This document shows, in pieces, positions 13,038-24,926 of a stretch of DNA of 64,000 nucleotides (positions within the stretch are counted from its first letter, which is position 1; the number at the start of each line of letters is the position of its first letter). Origin of the DNA: Selaginella moellendorffii (lineage: Eukaryota > Plantae > Lycopodiophyta); NCBI RefSeq assembly GCF_000143415.4, contig NW_003314306.1, positions 402,526 through 466,525 on the forward strand. The letters run 5' to 3'. Below the pieces are notes generated by a model. That model made no database searches, was not told the DNA's origin, and saw only the letters and a program-made list of their open reading frames with translations. A program made the position numbers and the translations under genes.

Positions 13038-14769
13038 AGCTCTAAACTTTAATTTTTATAAATTTCAACCAAAAATTTTAATTACGCCTAATATACTTCA
13101 ATTCACTAATTTAATTTAAGTGAAAAGGTTGAAGGAATTATATGTTTTAAGTGATCATACTAATAGTCATCTTTGTTCTTCATGCTCAAAGAATAGACAA
13201 GTCCTTGTAGAAGCATTACTAGTATGATTATTTGGGTAGTGGTGAGTTTGATCAAATGGTGATGATGAGGATTGTTTGCTGATGCTCATGCTCATGCTCA
13301 TAGAAGCACTCCATGGAAGTTTGGAGAAATGCATGGGTTTTTATACATGGTGGTGGTGAAAGATTGCTAGTGGCACTACTCTAGAGGGATCAAGATGGCA
13401 CCAATAACACTAAAAGATCTACTTACATAGGCCACTATGGTTGATATCACTTTAAGTTGAGCATTGCCTCTTTGTCCTTAGACGGGGTAAGCAATAGAAC
13501 CAAGAACATCCCAAATCTCTTCAGCTGCTTCATAGTTATAGAGGCCATCAACTTAGAGAATAATAAAACAAACAAAATCTAGCTAAGCCATAAACCCAAG
13601 ATCCAAAAAAAGGCAGATGTCTATCTTTATCTTTGAGTTCTAGCTTTGATTTTCTAATTATAATACAATTTCAAAATAAAGATTCTTCAAATAAATCTAC
13701 TAAATTGAAAGTAGTTCAATTTAAAATTGTCATTCAAATTGCAAAGTGGCAAAATCAAGCCATTAAAAATACTCATGCAATGACTAACAAATGTGTCCTT
13801 AACATAAAAGCCTTACCTGGTTCATTAAAGAATACAAAGGAGCTTAGAATCAAAGAGGACTTTGAGCCACATGCTTTCATGGTAGACTCTATGCTATGAA
13901 AGGGGTTTATTGCTATTGACCCCAAAGGAATTCTGACATAGGGCAACTACATAGAAGAGTCATATTTTGAAGTATTAATTTGGAATATGCATAGTGATGT
14001 AAATGTGGATCCCTAATCATTATTGTGGTCCTATCATTCTTACCACTACCTCTACTAATGCCACAAGGGCGAAAAAATTGATGCTCTTTGTAAAAAAATG
14101 TTTTGGCCATTTCACTCTACAAAAATGGGTGAAATTTTGATATGCCTTTTAAATTAATTAAATTTCTTCCATTGAATTAAAATAAATATTCTTTCTGAAT
14201 ATTCTTTTATAGGCTAGAATATTTTAGGTTGATTAGAACTCTTGCTACTTCCAAGAGTCTGATCATACTCCTTACTCCTTCTGCTTTCAAAGGATAGGAT
14301 GAATGCCCTTTTTCTCAACAAGCTAATTTAGTCAAGAAATGTATAAACCCTATTACAACAAGAATTACATATACTGCCTTCTTATTAGTGTTTGTTACAA
14401 TAGGAACCATTTATAATGACTATTGAGCACAATCCAATCAGGACAAGTGAAGAATCTTTTAGCTTTGTTTTTTTTCTTCACTTATATTTTACTTTCTCTC
14501 TTTTTGTTTTGAGAATTTTTTTACCATTCTTAAAAATAGGCAATTTCTTTTTTTTTTTCAATTGAAGGGGAGATTTGAAAATCATATTTCATCCAAAAAT
14601 CAAACCCCACCCTTCAAATTTATATCTTGATTGCTATTGTGGGAAAGATCCCACCACATAGGATTTTAAGCAAGAATTCTTATCATTGCCACCATCACCA
14701 TATCTAGTATTATTGTTAGAAAGACTCCTATTATATAGATGTTTCTTGGTGTTATCAGGATGCTACTTT

Positions 14770-14874
14770 TGCAACTCCTCATCCTTAAGTGCTCAAGCAT
14801 CCATGAACAATTCCTCTAGTGACTTGGAAGCTTGAATAGACTTTATAAGTTCACATATGTTGCAATTACACAAT
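14770..14874 (-). mobile_element. Continuation of an older gag remnant split by the chromovirus
   Basis: Minus-strand peptide ELIKSIQASKSLEELFMDA*AL resembles a gag C-terminal helix and abuts the left TSD. Confidence 0.4.
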
Positions 14875-17800
14875 TGTAGAAATTCAAATAGATCTCATGA
14901 GCTATACTGGATTGAATCATGATAAGTACAAGGAAAATGAGAATAAAAAGAAGAAAGAAAGAGGAAGAGGTCAGCCTCAAGCTTTGGCTCCACTTTGCCT
15001 CCATATATCACCTTCTAACATTACATCCCCTCCCAAAAAAGTTTAGTTGGCCCCTCAGCTTCTGTTGGTAAAATGAGAGACCATTAGAAGGTCTCATATA
15101 GGAACTTAAGTTGATCATGAGTGATCCAAGTATCTGTGGTAGAGTCAATTCCAGCCCAACAAACCCAAAAATAAGGAATTCGTCATCAGCATAAGTTGTG
15201 ATAAACCACCTTGACCACATGATTTGGCTGAAGCAAAGTTTGATCCTCACAAACTTGCTAAGGGAGAGGAACACTAGATGATGTAGTAGCTGCTAGAGGT
15301 CCCATATAGAATTTCAACTCCGAAACATATAAGACATCATGACAATGCTAGCAACTGCAACTTGTATGCTACCTCATTCACATGCTCCATAATCTCAAAA
15401 GGCCTGAAGAACATTGGATGGAGCTTGGAATGAGCAGTAGCATGATGACTCAAGGTGTTGTTCTAGGTGAAACTTGACATAAACCCAGTCCCCAACCTGG
15501 AATTCTCAAAAAGAATGAGATTTGTTAGCTGAAACTTTCATAACATGGTGAACCACTTCCAAACAACAATGCAACTGCTACTAAAAATTCTCCATCTCAT
15601 GAATATGGAGGAGCATGTCAGAGGCATGAACCATCTCACCCAGAATTGGAAACTTGCAAACCTCTTTGCCATATAACACCTTGAAAAGAGCTATATCAAT
15701 AGCTGAATGGAAAGTTGTGTTATATACAAACTTAGCAAAATGCAGCTACTAAAGCTAAGAATATGGTTTGTCTAATATAAAGCTGTGAAGAAAAACCTCC
15801 AACGTTTGATTGGTGCACTTTGTTTGGCCATCACTTTGAGGGTGATAGGCACTAGAAAAATTCAACTGGATGCCCAAGTGCCTAAACATGGATGTTTAGA
15901 ATATACTCATGAACTTAGTATCCCGGTCTGAGACAATAGCCTGAGGAAGTCCATGGTGACAAATGACTTTCAACCAAAACACCTCGGCAACTTTTTTAGC
16001 TGAATTGGTTGTGGGCCACATTTGTAAAATGGTCTACCACCATGAAGATGGAATCATAACCTCGCACTATCAGAATGCCAACAATAAAGTCCATAGAAAT
16101 GCTGTAAAAAGAGGCTGTAGTTGATAGTAATGGCAAAAGAAGTTTTAGAGTAACTATAATTTCTACCTTCTTGACTTGACAAACTTGCATTTTTGGATCT
16201 ATTCCCAAACCTCCCTTTGCAAGCCCTTCTAATAAAGCCATTGTCGAATAGTAGTTGTAGTTCCCCTGACTCTTGGATGTCCAACCAAAAGATTGGAGTG
16301 ACATTCCCGGAAAATATCCTTGATGACTAGCACTCAAAATGATCATACCTTTCCTTTGTGATATGTATACTTATCATGAGTGTAGTCATTGTTAGAATGA
16401 AAAGAATGCTAAATTGCTACTAAGTCTAGATTTGATTTGTATCCTTCCTAAATTTTGTTAATATATGCAGTTAGAAATGCTAGATAAAGAGGATGTTTTT
16501 AGTTGCTTAGAGCAGTGCAATAGAGCATCAAGAAGGATATTACTTTTTCTTGGGCAAAATTAATTGTAAAGTCCAAATCTTAGAGAATTTCGACCCACCA
16601 CTATTGTTTCTTGAAGAGATGTTGTTGCTCCAAGATAAACTTAAGACTATAATGGTCAGTGCAAAGAATGAAATGTTTAAGCAAAAGATAATGCCACCAT
16701 CTTTTATATAGCATGGATGACTACAAGCATCTTTTTCTTATAAACAAGGAGGTGAGACTACAAGACTAAAACATATTGGCTATCAAAAGCTATAAAGTCA
16801 TCTCCTTGATAAAGAATTGCACCTACACTTGCATCTGATACATCAGTCTCAATAATGTATTATTGCAAAAATCTGGAGTAAAGGTATTGTTAGCTAAATT
16901 TGCTTCAATGTCTCGAATGAAAGCTGAGCTACATTGGACCACGAGAAATCTGATGAATGAAGAATATCACTAAGTGGTGCAACAATTGATACAAAATCCC
17001 GAATAAAGTGTCGGAAGTAATTTATGAACCTATAAAAAGCTCATAGTTTTTTTATTAACTTTGGGACTAGCCAATCTATAACCACTTGAAGTTTAGAAGC
17101 ATCAACCCATACCTTTCTATGCTTACCATAAAATCCTAAGTATTGTAAAGGAACACTTTGAAAGCTTAGAAAATTTCCTTCCAAAACCAAGTGTAAACAA
17201 TTAAAGAAAACAATTTAAAAGATGATCTATAAATTTCAAATATAGAGCGAAAGGGCCTATGAATAAAAGTACACCCCTTTTTTCAATCAGTTTTAGGGGT
17301 TTTGAGATACTTGGGGTTAAGTGTTCTTGGGTTTGAATAGTATTGGGTTGGATGACTTATCAGGAAGTCCAAAATCCAAGAACTTATATTTGGTATTAGA
17401 GGGGTTTCAAGTCTAATTCTATTGGTTAGCTTAGGGGGAGGGGTAGGGTGTCAAGAGAGTGGTGCTCTCAGCTTTTATTCATGAGGGTGTGAATTTGTAG
17501 GGAAGCATGGTGAATTTATAGGGTTTAAATATAGAAAGAAAAAGCCCATGAATAAAAGTGCACCCCCTTTTTTAATCGATTAAGGGTTTTGGGATATTTG
17601 GAGTTAACTGTTCTTGAGTTTGAATAGTATTAGGTTAGGTGACTTCTCAGGAAGTCCAAAATCTAAAAGCTTACACCGAGAGGATGTTCTCAACATGTCA
17701 TAAGTGTTCAAACCAATCTATGCTATAAATCAAAATATCATCAAAGGAAATAATAATGAACTAGAAGAGATACTTAGCTAACAATCTATTCACCATGCTT

Positions 17801-20800
17801 TGGAACATAACTAGGACATTAGTGAAACCAAGTGGCATCACTTAGAACTAGAATAGTCCACAATACGTCCTAAAAGCTATATTGGGTCATGCATAACAAT
17901 TTAGTAATAACTGGAACAAAGATCAAATTTTAAGAAGTACTTTGTCTATCCAAGCTCATCCAATAGTTCATCTACCTGTGGAATTAGAAACTGGTTTTTA
18001 ACTTTAATCCTGTTCAACACTTTATAGTCCACCACCAACTGCCAAGATCCATCCTTTTTCATCACCAACAAAACTGGTGATGCAAATGGACTAAAACTCT
18101 CCTAAACCAAACCCTCTTGCTGTAGTTCATCTACCATGTAATCAGTGATCATTTGCTCCTTGCAACTTATATGTATAGCTGGAGAGTTCACTGCTACTAA
18201 ATGCGGCTCCAACTCTATTCAATACATAATACCAACCACTTTGCTACTATTGCCCATAATGCACTTAGAAAACATGCTAATATGTCACTTAGCCACCTCT
18301 TTAAGCTCTAGAGCCATATTTGTCAAAAATGTCTAAAATAGCCTCATCTAATATTGCAGTCTTTGTTCTCATCTGATCCTCTTGAAGACCTAGATCAACT
18401 TGCTGGTTGTGGCTTGTTCCCAAGGACTCATGATGCACTGCCACTTTCTTTGCTGCTTTTTTTTGGTGCTTTGGCCTCCAAAAAATCAAATCTCCATTGC
18501 TTTCTTCGCAGTGCTTTTCCACTATTTGTGCACCAGGCTAGAGTTAAAAGCTTGAGCCCTATTGCTTTTTTCACAGTGTGTTGCTACTTTCTTCCCACCC
18601 GGCTCAAGCTGCCCACCTAGGTCCTTACTACTTTCTTCACAATGTTTATCTGCTTTCCTCACACTTGGACCCATGAAATCGCTCTGGAGTGCCCTCAATT
18701 CCTGAAGGTATGATATAAACGAAACTCGTTGCATGCCTTCGAATAAACCCTAAACTAGCTCCAAAAGTCTTGCATTTTATGGTACACAAGACATTCCCCA
18801 CCACCTTAGATTAACTGTTGACACTGAGATGTAGAAGCTTCTCGTACTTTGGAAAAGGAATGAACCCCCCTTCATTCAACTTGTTGCCCTGCAAAGGTGA
18901 ATGAGAGTCTTTGATCTGTGAAGTTGACAGTTATGTCTCTAAATCTCTACAGCATTTGCACTCCCAAGACTATATCAACCACTCCCATCTCCATAACATA
19001 GAAGGTCTCCATAAAAGAGAATGAATCCATTTGGAAGAGTATGTAACAACTCGATCCATGTGGATCATTCCTCCATTGGCAATTTTGACCTCCAAGGGAA
19101 TATGAGCTAGTTGAGTGGAAATACACAATCTAGATAGTGATTGGGCATTGTTAAAGGAATGAGATGTGCCAGAGTTTACCAAAGCAAATACTTGTTGTTC
19201 TTGACTCTAATACACTATAGACCTGTTTTCCCTATGAAGGATGGGAGTGAGATGGTAGCACCCAGAAATGCTCCATCCCCATCTCCTTGAGTTGAAGTTT
19301 TGCCTTCCCACACAAAGATATCATACTGGAAATCCAAGTCTTTGAATGCCATTGGAATTAAATCTCCTGCTTTGTTGTGTCCCTATGGTTGTCTTGCACA
19401 AGCTTTGCATACCTAACAATGGCCATGCTCCCACTTAGCTCCATAGTCAAAACATTGGCCCAATTTCATGTCTTTTAAGCACTTTGTGAATTGGATGGTG
19501 GGACTAAAGAAGGTGCCAACTTAATTGGAGTCAAAGAATTGCCATTGCCTAGTCTGCCCAACCCTGATTCTCTAGAAAGTGTCCTTGGTTGAAGGTGAGG
19601 CCACTCTTGGTGCAACCAGCTCATAGTCTCTCACTCCTTATACTTGAGGTCTATATTCAAAGTTAGTTGTATGGCTTGGTGAACCAATGAAGGTGCCAAT
19701 TGTGCAATATCAGCTCCCATTGAAGTCAATAACACTGCAACATATCACTGAACCAAAGCTGATTCCAGAATGTTGTCAACTCCAAACTTAGCTTGTACCC
19801 AATTGAATGTTTGGAGAGTTGCATTTTAGGATTGCAGTAGAGGTCACAAAGCTTGTTGAAGGGAAAATCCTGGACAATAAACAAAATGAACTCCTTCATG
19901 AGCATGACTTTGAATGTTTCCCAATTTGGAAATATTTGTGCACACTCCAGGCTACCATACCACTCTGAGGCTAAGTCTGTGAGATAGTTAGTAATAAGTG
20001 GAACTTTCTCCACATCATGAGGCTCCTGCATGATGAAGTTGCACTTGTGCCTTCTAATCCAGTTGAGTAGTTTATGGCAATCATTCTCCCCACTACATCT
20101 CAGTAGCTGACATTTGTCCTTGTTCCACTTGGATGAAGACAAGAATGGTGTTCTACCTAGTAGTCCTTGGCTCTTGGATGAAAAGGAAGGTGGACTTAGC
20201 TCCACAAGATCCTCCATCTTCATCCTAGCCCATAAATTTTTGTACCATGGTCTAAAGTGTTGCTCAGAAAAGAGTTTTGTTTGTTCTTCCCACTAATGAG
20301 GAATCTTTGGAAAAGCTCCTCCAGTTCTCTATGTCGAAGAAGCTGACTGTTGCTCTTCCATTTTGGACTCCAAGATCTATTGCCTTTCAGCCATATCTTG
20401 CAAGATCATTGCCCCCTTGCTCTATTTCTCCACTAGCATGCAAATCTCAGCTTACATGTCACAGAAATTGGCCAAAACTCATTGTTGCTAAAGGAGATTT
20501 TGTTCTGCCATGACTTGCATGGTTAGCTATTAGAGAACTGCCAATGTGCCGGTCGCATTCTTGTTGTCAGCTATGCTGTGTACCTGATCATCATATTCTT
20601 GCTCCAACTCTTCATCTTCCATAACTTGCTGCTGTTTTGGGTGCCTAGTTACAAACTTGGCTAGAGGTGATGGTGAAGCCATCCAACCACCAAACCTATT
20701 TCTCTAACTCACCCAAAGCCATGCTAATAGAAGAAATGGTGATTCTTGGACAAAGTCTGTCCCAATCTATTCAAGGAACTAATTGAAGACAACATCCACT

Positions 20801-21143
20801 ATCATTCCCGGTACAATTATCCCTTTTAGGATCCTCTTCACATGGTGTTGTGTGTTTCATGATGAAAGCCCATTACCCAAAGTAGAAGAAGGCTTAGGGA
20901 TGAATGCTCCAATACCACTATAGAGATCCAAATAGATCTCATGAGTTGTAATGAATTGAATCATGAGAAATATAAGGAAAGAGATAAGAAAACAAAAAAG
21001 AAAGAGGAAGAGAGAAAGAAATGTGATTAAAACCCTAGCTTCCGTCATATGCTTCCTGCCACCTTGCCATACATAATCACTTCATCAGACATACCAGCCT
21101 CAAGCTTTGCCTCCACTTTGCCTCTGCAAATCACCTCCTAACA
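14875..21143 (-). mobile_element. Full-length degenerate Ty3/gypsy chromovirus (5'LTR 20919-21143, PBS 20905-20917, gag-PR-RT-RH-INT-chromodomain, PPT 15021-15034, 3'LTR 14875-15020)
   Basis: The two LTRs share CAAATAGATCTCATGAG...CAGCCTCAAGCTTTG(G/C)CTCCACTTTGCCTC...CTAACA, and the 3'LTR has an ~80-bp deletion. PBS TGGTATTGGAGC and PPT GGGAGGGGATGTAA are present. Domains: gag 19726-20223, protease VNSGTSHSF ~19170, RT FDDILIYS ~17740, integrase YHPQSDGQT ~15830, chromodomain-like VCWAGIDSTTDTWI ~15140. TSD ACAAT/GTAAT. Confidence 0.92.
17192..17675 (+). mobile_element. TRIM-like miniature LTR retrotransposon nested in the chromovirus RT
   Basis: TG...TA(CA) LTR 17192-17388, PBS TGGTATTAGAG 17391-17401, PPT AGGGGGAGGGGTAGGG 17433-17448, TG...CA LTR 17449-17675. 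About 150 bp is shared between the LTRs. TSD CCAAG/CCGAG. Host RT-derived peptides flank both sides. Confidence 0.88.
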
Positions 21144-21350
21144 GTAATCCTTTCCTCCTCCATATAGTCACTTGGAATGTGGCTAAGTAGCATTTCAAAC
21201 CAATTGATATACTCATCAATCAAATTGCCTTTCCTCTGCTGTAAATGTTGTAGCTCATGCCAAGCATATGAAGAATTGTAGAGAGGCACAAACTCTTGCT
21301 TAAAAGCTACTAAAAACTCATCTATGGAGATAAGTGGTCTCTTCATGGTG
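21144..21350 (-). mobile_element. Older retrotransposon gag fragment interrupted by the chromovirus
   Basis: DEFLVAFKQEFVP..AWHELQHLQQRKGNLIDEYINWFEMLL matches the retrotransposon gag pattern (F...F.P......L..L.Q....V.EY...F..L). It runs straight into the LTR end at 21143. Confidence 0.75.
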
Positions 21351-21694
21351 CTTGTTTGCTGGACTAGAAACCATGTGTCAAGAAACCATTGCCTTGATGA
21401 ACTTCCCTTTACCAGGCTATATTAGAACATAAGGAAAGGATTTTATACAAGAAAAAGAGAGGAGAAAATGAAGGAGGGAAAGAAAAAAACTTACCTTCTT
21501 GCAAAGGAAACAAACCTATGATCATATTCCCTCTGTGGCATGCCACAGGTACATATGGGGCTGGAAAGCCAGCCCATATCACCTAGGCACTGAAAAACAC
21601 TCACCAAGACTAGTGTATAGAGACACCTCTCTTGGAAAAGCCATGTATATCTCAACCCTAAGTACAAACTTTATATATATAAGAATATACCAAT

Positions 21695-21799
21695 CTCACT
21701 ATGCAATCCATCTCTTTTTTTTTGTCTTTTACTTTCTTATTTTTCTTTGTTGGTTTTTGAGCAGGATTATGAAATATAAACCACAATGAAGGGCCATTC
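21695..21799 (+). pseudogene. Diverged relic of the 3' end (last intron/exon) of the PPR gene
   Basis: AATCCATCT...TTTCTTTGTTGG..TTTGAGCAGGATT.TGAAATAT...ATGAAGGGCC.TTC matches 9040-9168. Confidence 0.7.
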
Positions 21800-22008
21800 A
21801 TTTGGTCATTCCAAAATCACAATATCTGATGCTTCACAAATAACTCTAAATTTGTTTACAAGATGGTAAGAAGTGGTTGATGATTCCTTGGAGGGGGAGG
21901 CCACACTCTTCCCATGGACTTGTTTTGTCCATAGTTGAATTATACTCTAAAAATCAATATAAAAATGAAGCTTAGTGTAAGTACTTATAAAAGTACATTT
22001 ATAAATAA

Positions 22009-22144
<136 letters not shown>

Positions 22145-22960
22145 ATATGAATATTTTTAATTTAATTTTTAAAAGGAAATCTACATAATACACTACCATT
22201 TAGCAATATTGAGGGCATAATTTTATAAACATTGAAATAATATTAAAAAACACATATTATCTGTTGTTTTAATATTAAATATGAAGTTTTTATTAGAGAT
22301 TTGGGATAATCATAACCATTGATAATAATACATGTTTAAGATCAGAAAGTTTTTGAATCTATCTAAACACAAAGTTTTCTTTTGAATAATAATCATTCTG
22401 AGTAAAACGGTACAGAAAATTAGAAATAAAAATAGTAGAAAAAATATCAGCTAAAACATTTTCCATGTGGCAGCTAAAACTTTGCAATCTATTTATTATT
22501 AACTTAAATGAATACTATTAAATTAAACCAAGAATACTTTCTTATTTTAGTTGTTTACACATCTTGATATCATGGGCTACAAAATTTTTACAAATATTTT
22601 AAATTAAACTATTTTAAAAGTAAACTATCTAAAATAACATTATGGTGATTTAGTCCAAAATTGTAAATAAAAATTATGTCATCTTATAAACAGCTATCGA
22701 TAATTCCATTAGCATTAAGATTATAGTAAAAAAGAAAAATTAGTATAATTAAATTATGGAAAATGTGACTTGGAAAACATATAATAACAGATTTAATAGA
22801 CACCTCTACCTTGGGATCTTTTATATATTTAAAAAACAATCACAGGTGTTATACCTAAGGAGGAGCTAAAGCCCCTCCAAAAAATCACATCACAGGGGTG
22901 GCCCCGGCAAATATTTTGCAAAAAACAATCTCGGATTTGTTAGGTTTAAAATTCTGCATG

Positions 22961-23035
22961 GCCAATCTCGTGCCTGCCACGTGGCAGGCATTCAATGGGT
23001 GACACTCTGTGTTCAAGAGATTCCTATGCACGTGG
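22961..23035. promoter_or_regulatory. FAD6 promoter: CCAAT box, 20-bp palindromic G-box and second G-box
   Basis: GCCAAT at 22961, TGCCTGCCACGTGGCAGGCA at 22971-22990 (perfect palindrome) and CACGTG at ~23029, 200-260 bp upstream of the FAD6 ATG. Confidence 0.6.
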
Positions 23036-23230
23036 AGCTTTAGTGACCGCCAACCGGCCGACGGTGGTGATGCACCGAAATCTGTCTATAGTCTTTGTAG
23101 GGAGAACCACGGCTCTCACTGCTAGGGCTCTGGGTATGTGCCAGAGATCCATCCTGTGTGTGGAGGCGGTGACCTCGCGCTACTAGGGCTTTGGCTCAAT
23201 CAGATCTACGAGCGAGTGCCTGCATTGAGG

Positions 23231-24926
23231 ATGGCGGCCATGCATCTTCAACTTCAGGCCTCGGCCCAAATTTCGGTGAGTTTTCCAGTTTTTTCTCATC
23301 TGCATGCAGCTGAATCGATCAATTTGCGCAGAGCTCAGACAGGATTTTGGCTAGCCCCTTCAAGAGCTCCGGCTTTTGTCGATTGCGAAGCCCGCGCAGT
23401 CAGATCTTGGTACTGACACGCACATTCTTTTGTGCTTTTCCTGGCTTTCCATGTTTGAATTGTTTTTGGCTTGTTTTTTCCCCAGGATGTGTCGGTGAAT
23501 CCCAAGAAACGAGGAGTCGGCGTACGTGCTGTGGCTGTACCCATTCGGGAGGAAGTGCAGACCTCCATTCCTGGTTTTACTCAGCTGGGAGAACCGGTGA
23601 CTGACAGAGCGATAGAAACAAAAATCTCACATTTGCCTTCGTTTTGTTGCTTGCAGGTTCCCGAAGGCCTCTCTTTGAACGATGTTGTGAAAACTTTGCC
23701 CAAAGAGGTACATCACTCGGTAAAAAATGCATTTTTTCTTACGAGTTTCCTGCTGTCAGGTGTTCGAGGTTGATGACTTCAAAGCTTTCAAGACGGTGGC
23801 GATCACCGTCTCTTCGGTCGCTGCTGGATACGCGGCCCTTGCGGTGGCACCATGGTACTTATACCCAATAGTCTACGCGTTTTTGGGAACCGCGGTCACC
23901 GGACTATTCGTCATCGGCCATGACTGTGGTCACAACTCTTTCTCCAAGAGCCAGCTCGTGAATGATGTCGTTGGAACCATTGTCATGACGCCTCTCATCT
24001 ATCCATTCGAGCCATGGAGGATCAAACACAACACTCACCATGCTCACACTAACAAGTAAGTGGTTTCTGTGCTCGTGATTTCGGCCGACTCAAAACGCGT
24101 GTTTTTCTGCTTACCAGGTTGATTATGGATACTGCATGGCAACCATTCAGACCACATCAGTATGACAATGGTAGCCCTCTAGTGAGGGGGGTAATTAGAG
24201 CCACCATGGGTCCGTTATGGTGGATGGCTTCAGTAGGACACTGGATTTTCTGGCACTTCGACTTGAGCAAGTTCCGGCCTCAAGAGCAACCCAAAGTCAA
24301 GGTAACTTTCTTTTGTTCCTTGTTTCCGCGAGCTTTAATCTAAAACTCCATCCTTGTTTTAAAAGGTGAGCTTGGCGGCAGTGGCAGCGTTTGCAGCACT
24401 GGTGCTTGCACCTTTGCTGGTAACTCAGGGTCCAGTTGGATTTGTCAAGTGGTGGCTTGTACCGTGGCTGGGCTTTCATTTCTGGATGAGCACTTTCACG
24501 ATGGTTCATCACACCGCGCCACACATTCCTTTCAAGCCAAACCGGGAGTGGTATGCCGTGGAAGCGCAACTTAACGGCACCGTGCATTGCGACTACCCGG
24601 CCTGGTAACGCTTTCTTTCAATGCCGTCTCTCTTTCGCTCGCGAGCTCATCTCTTTTCGATTTCTTCTAGGATTGATCTCTTGTGCCATGACATCAGTGT
24701 CCACATCCCACACCACGTATCGACCAAAATTCCCAGCTACAATCTCCGCAAGGCATACGCCGCGATCCAGGAGAAATGGGACCGGCACTTGAACAAGGCC
24801 GAGTTTGGCTTCCCGCTGATGAACACGATCCTTGATCAGTGCAACTTATTCGATGCGAGGAGGTCCAAGTGGGTCAAGTTCGCGAAGAACCTCAGAGGAG
24901 ACGCCGTTGCAGCAACCAGCGATTAA
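23231..24926 (+). CDS. FAD6: Plastid omega-6 fatty acid desaturase (multi-exon)
   Basis: Three His boxes (HDCGH, HNTHH, HIPHH), FAD6-type segments ([35 protein letters not shown]) and a transit peptide. About 8 exons with short GT-AG introns. Confidence 0.96.
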
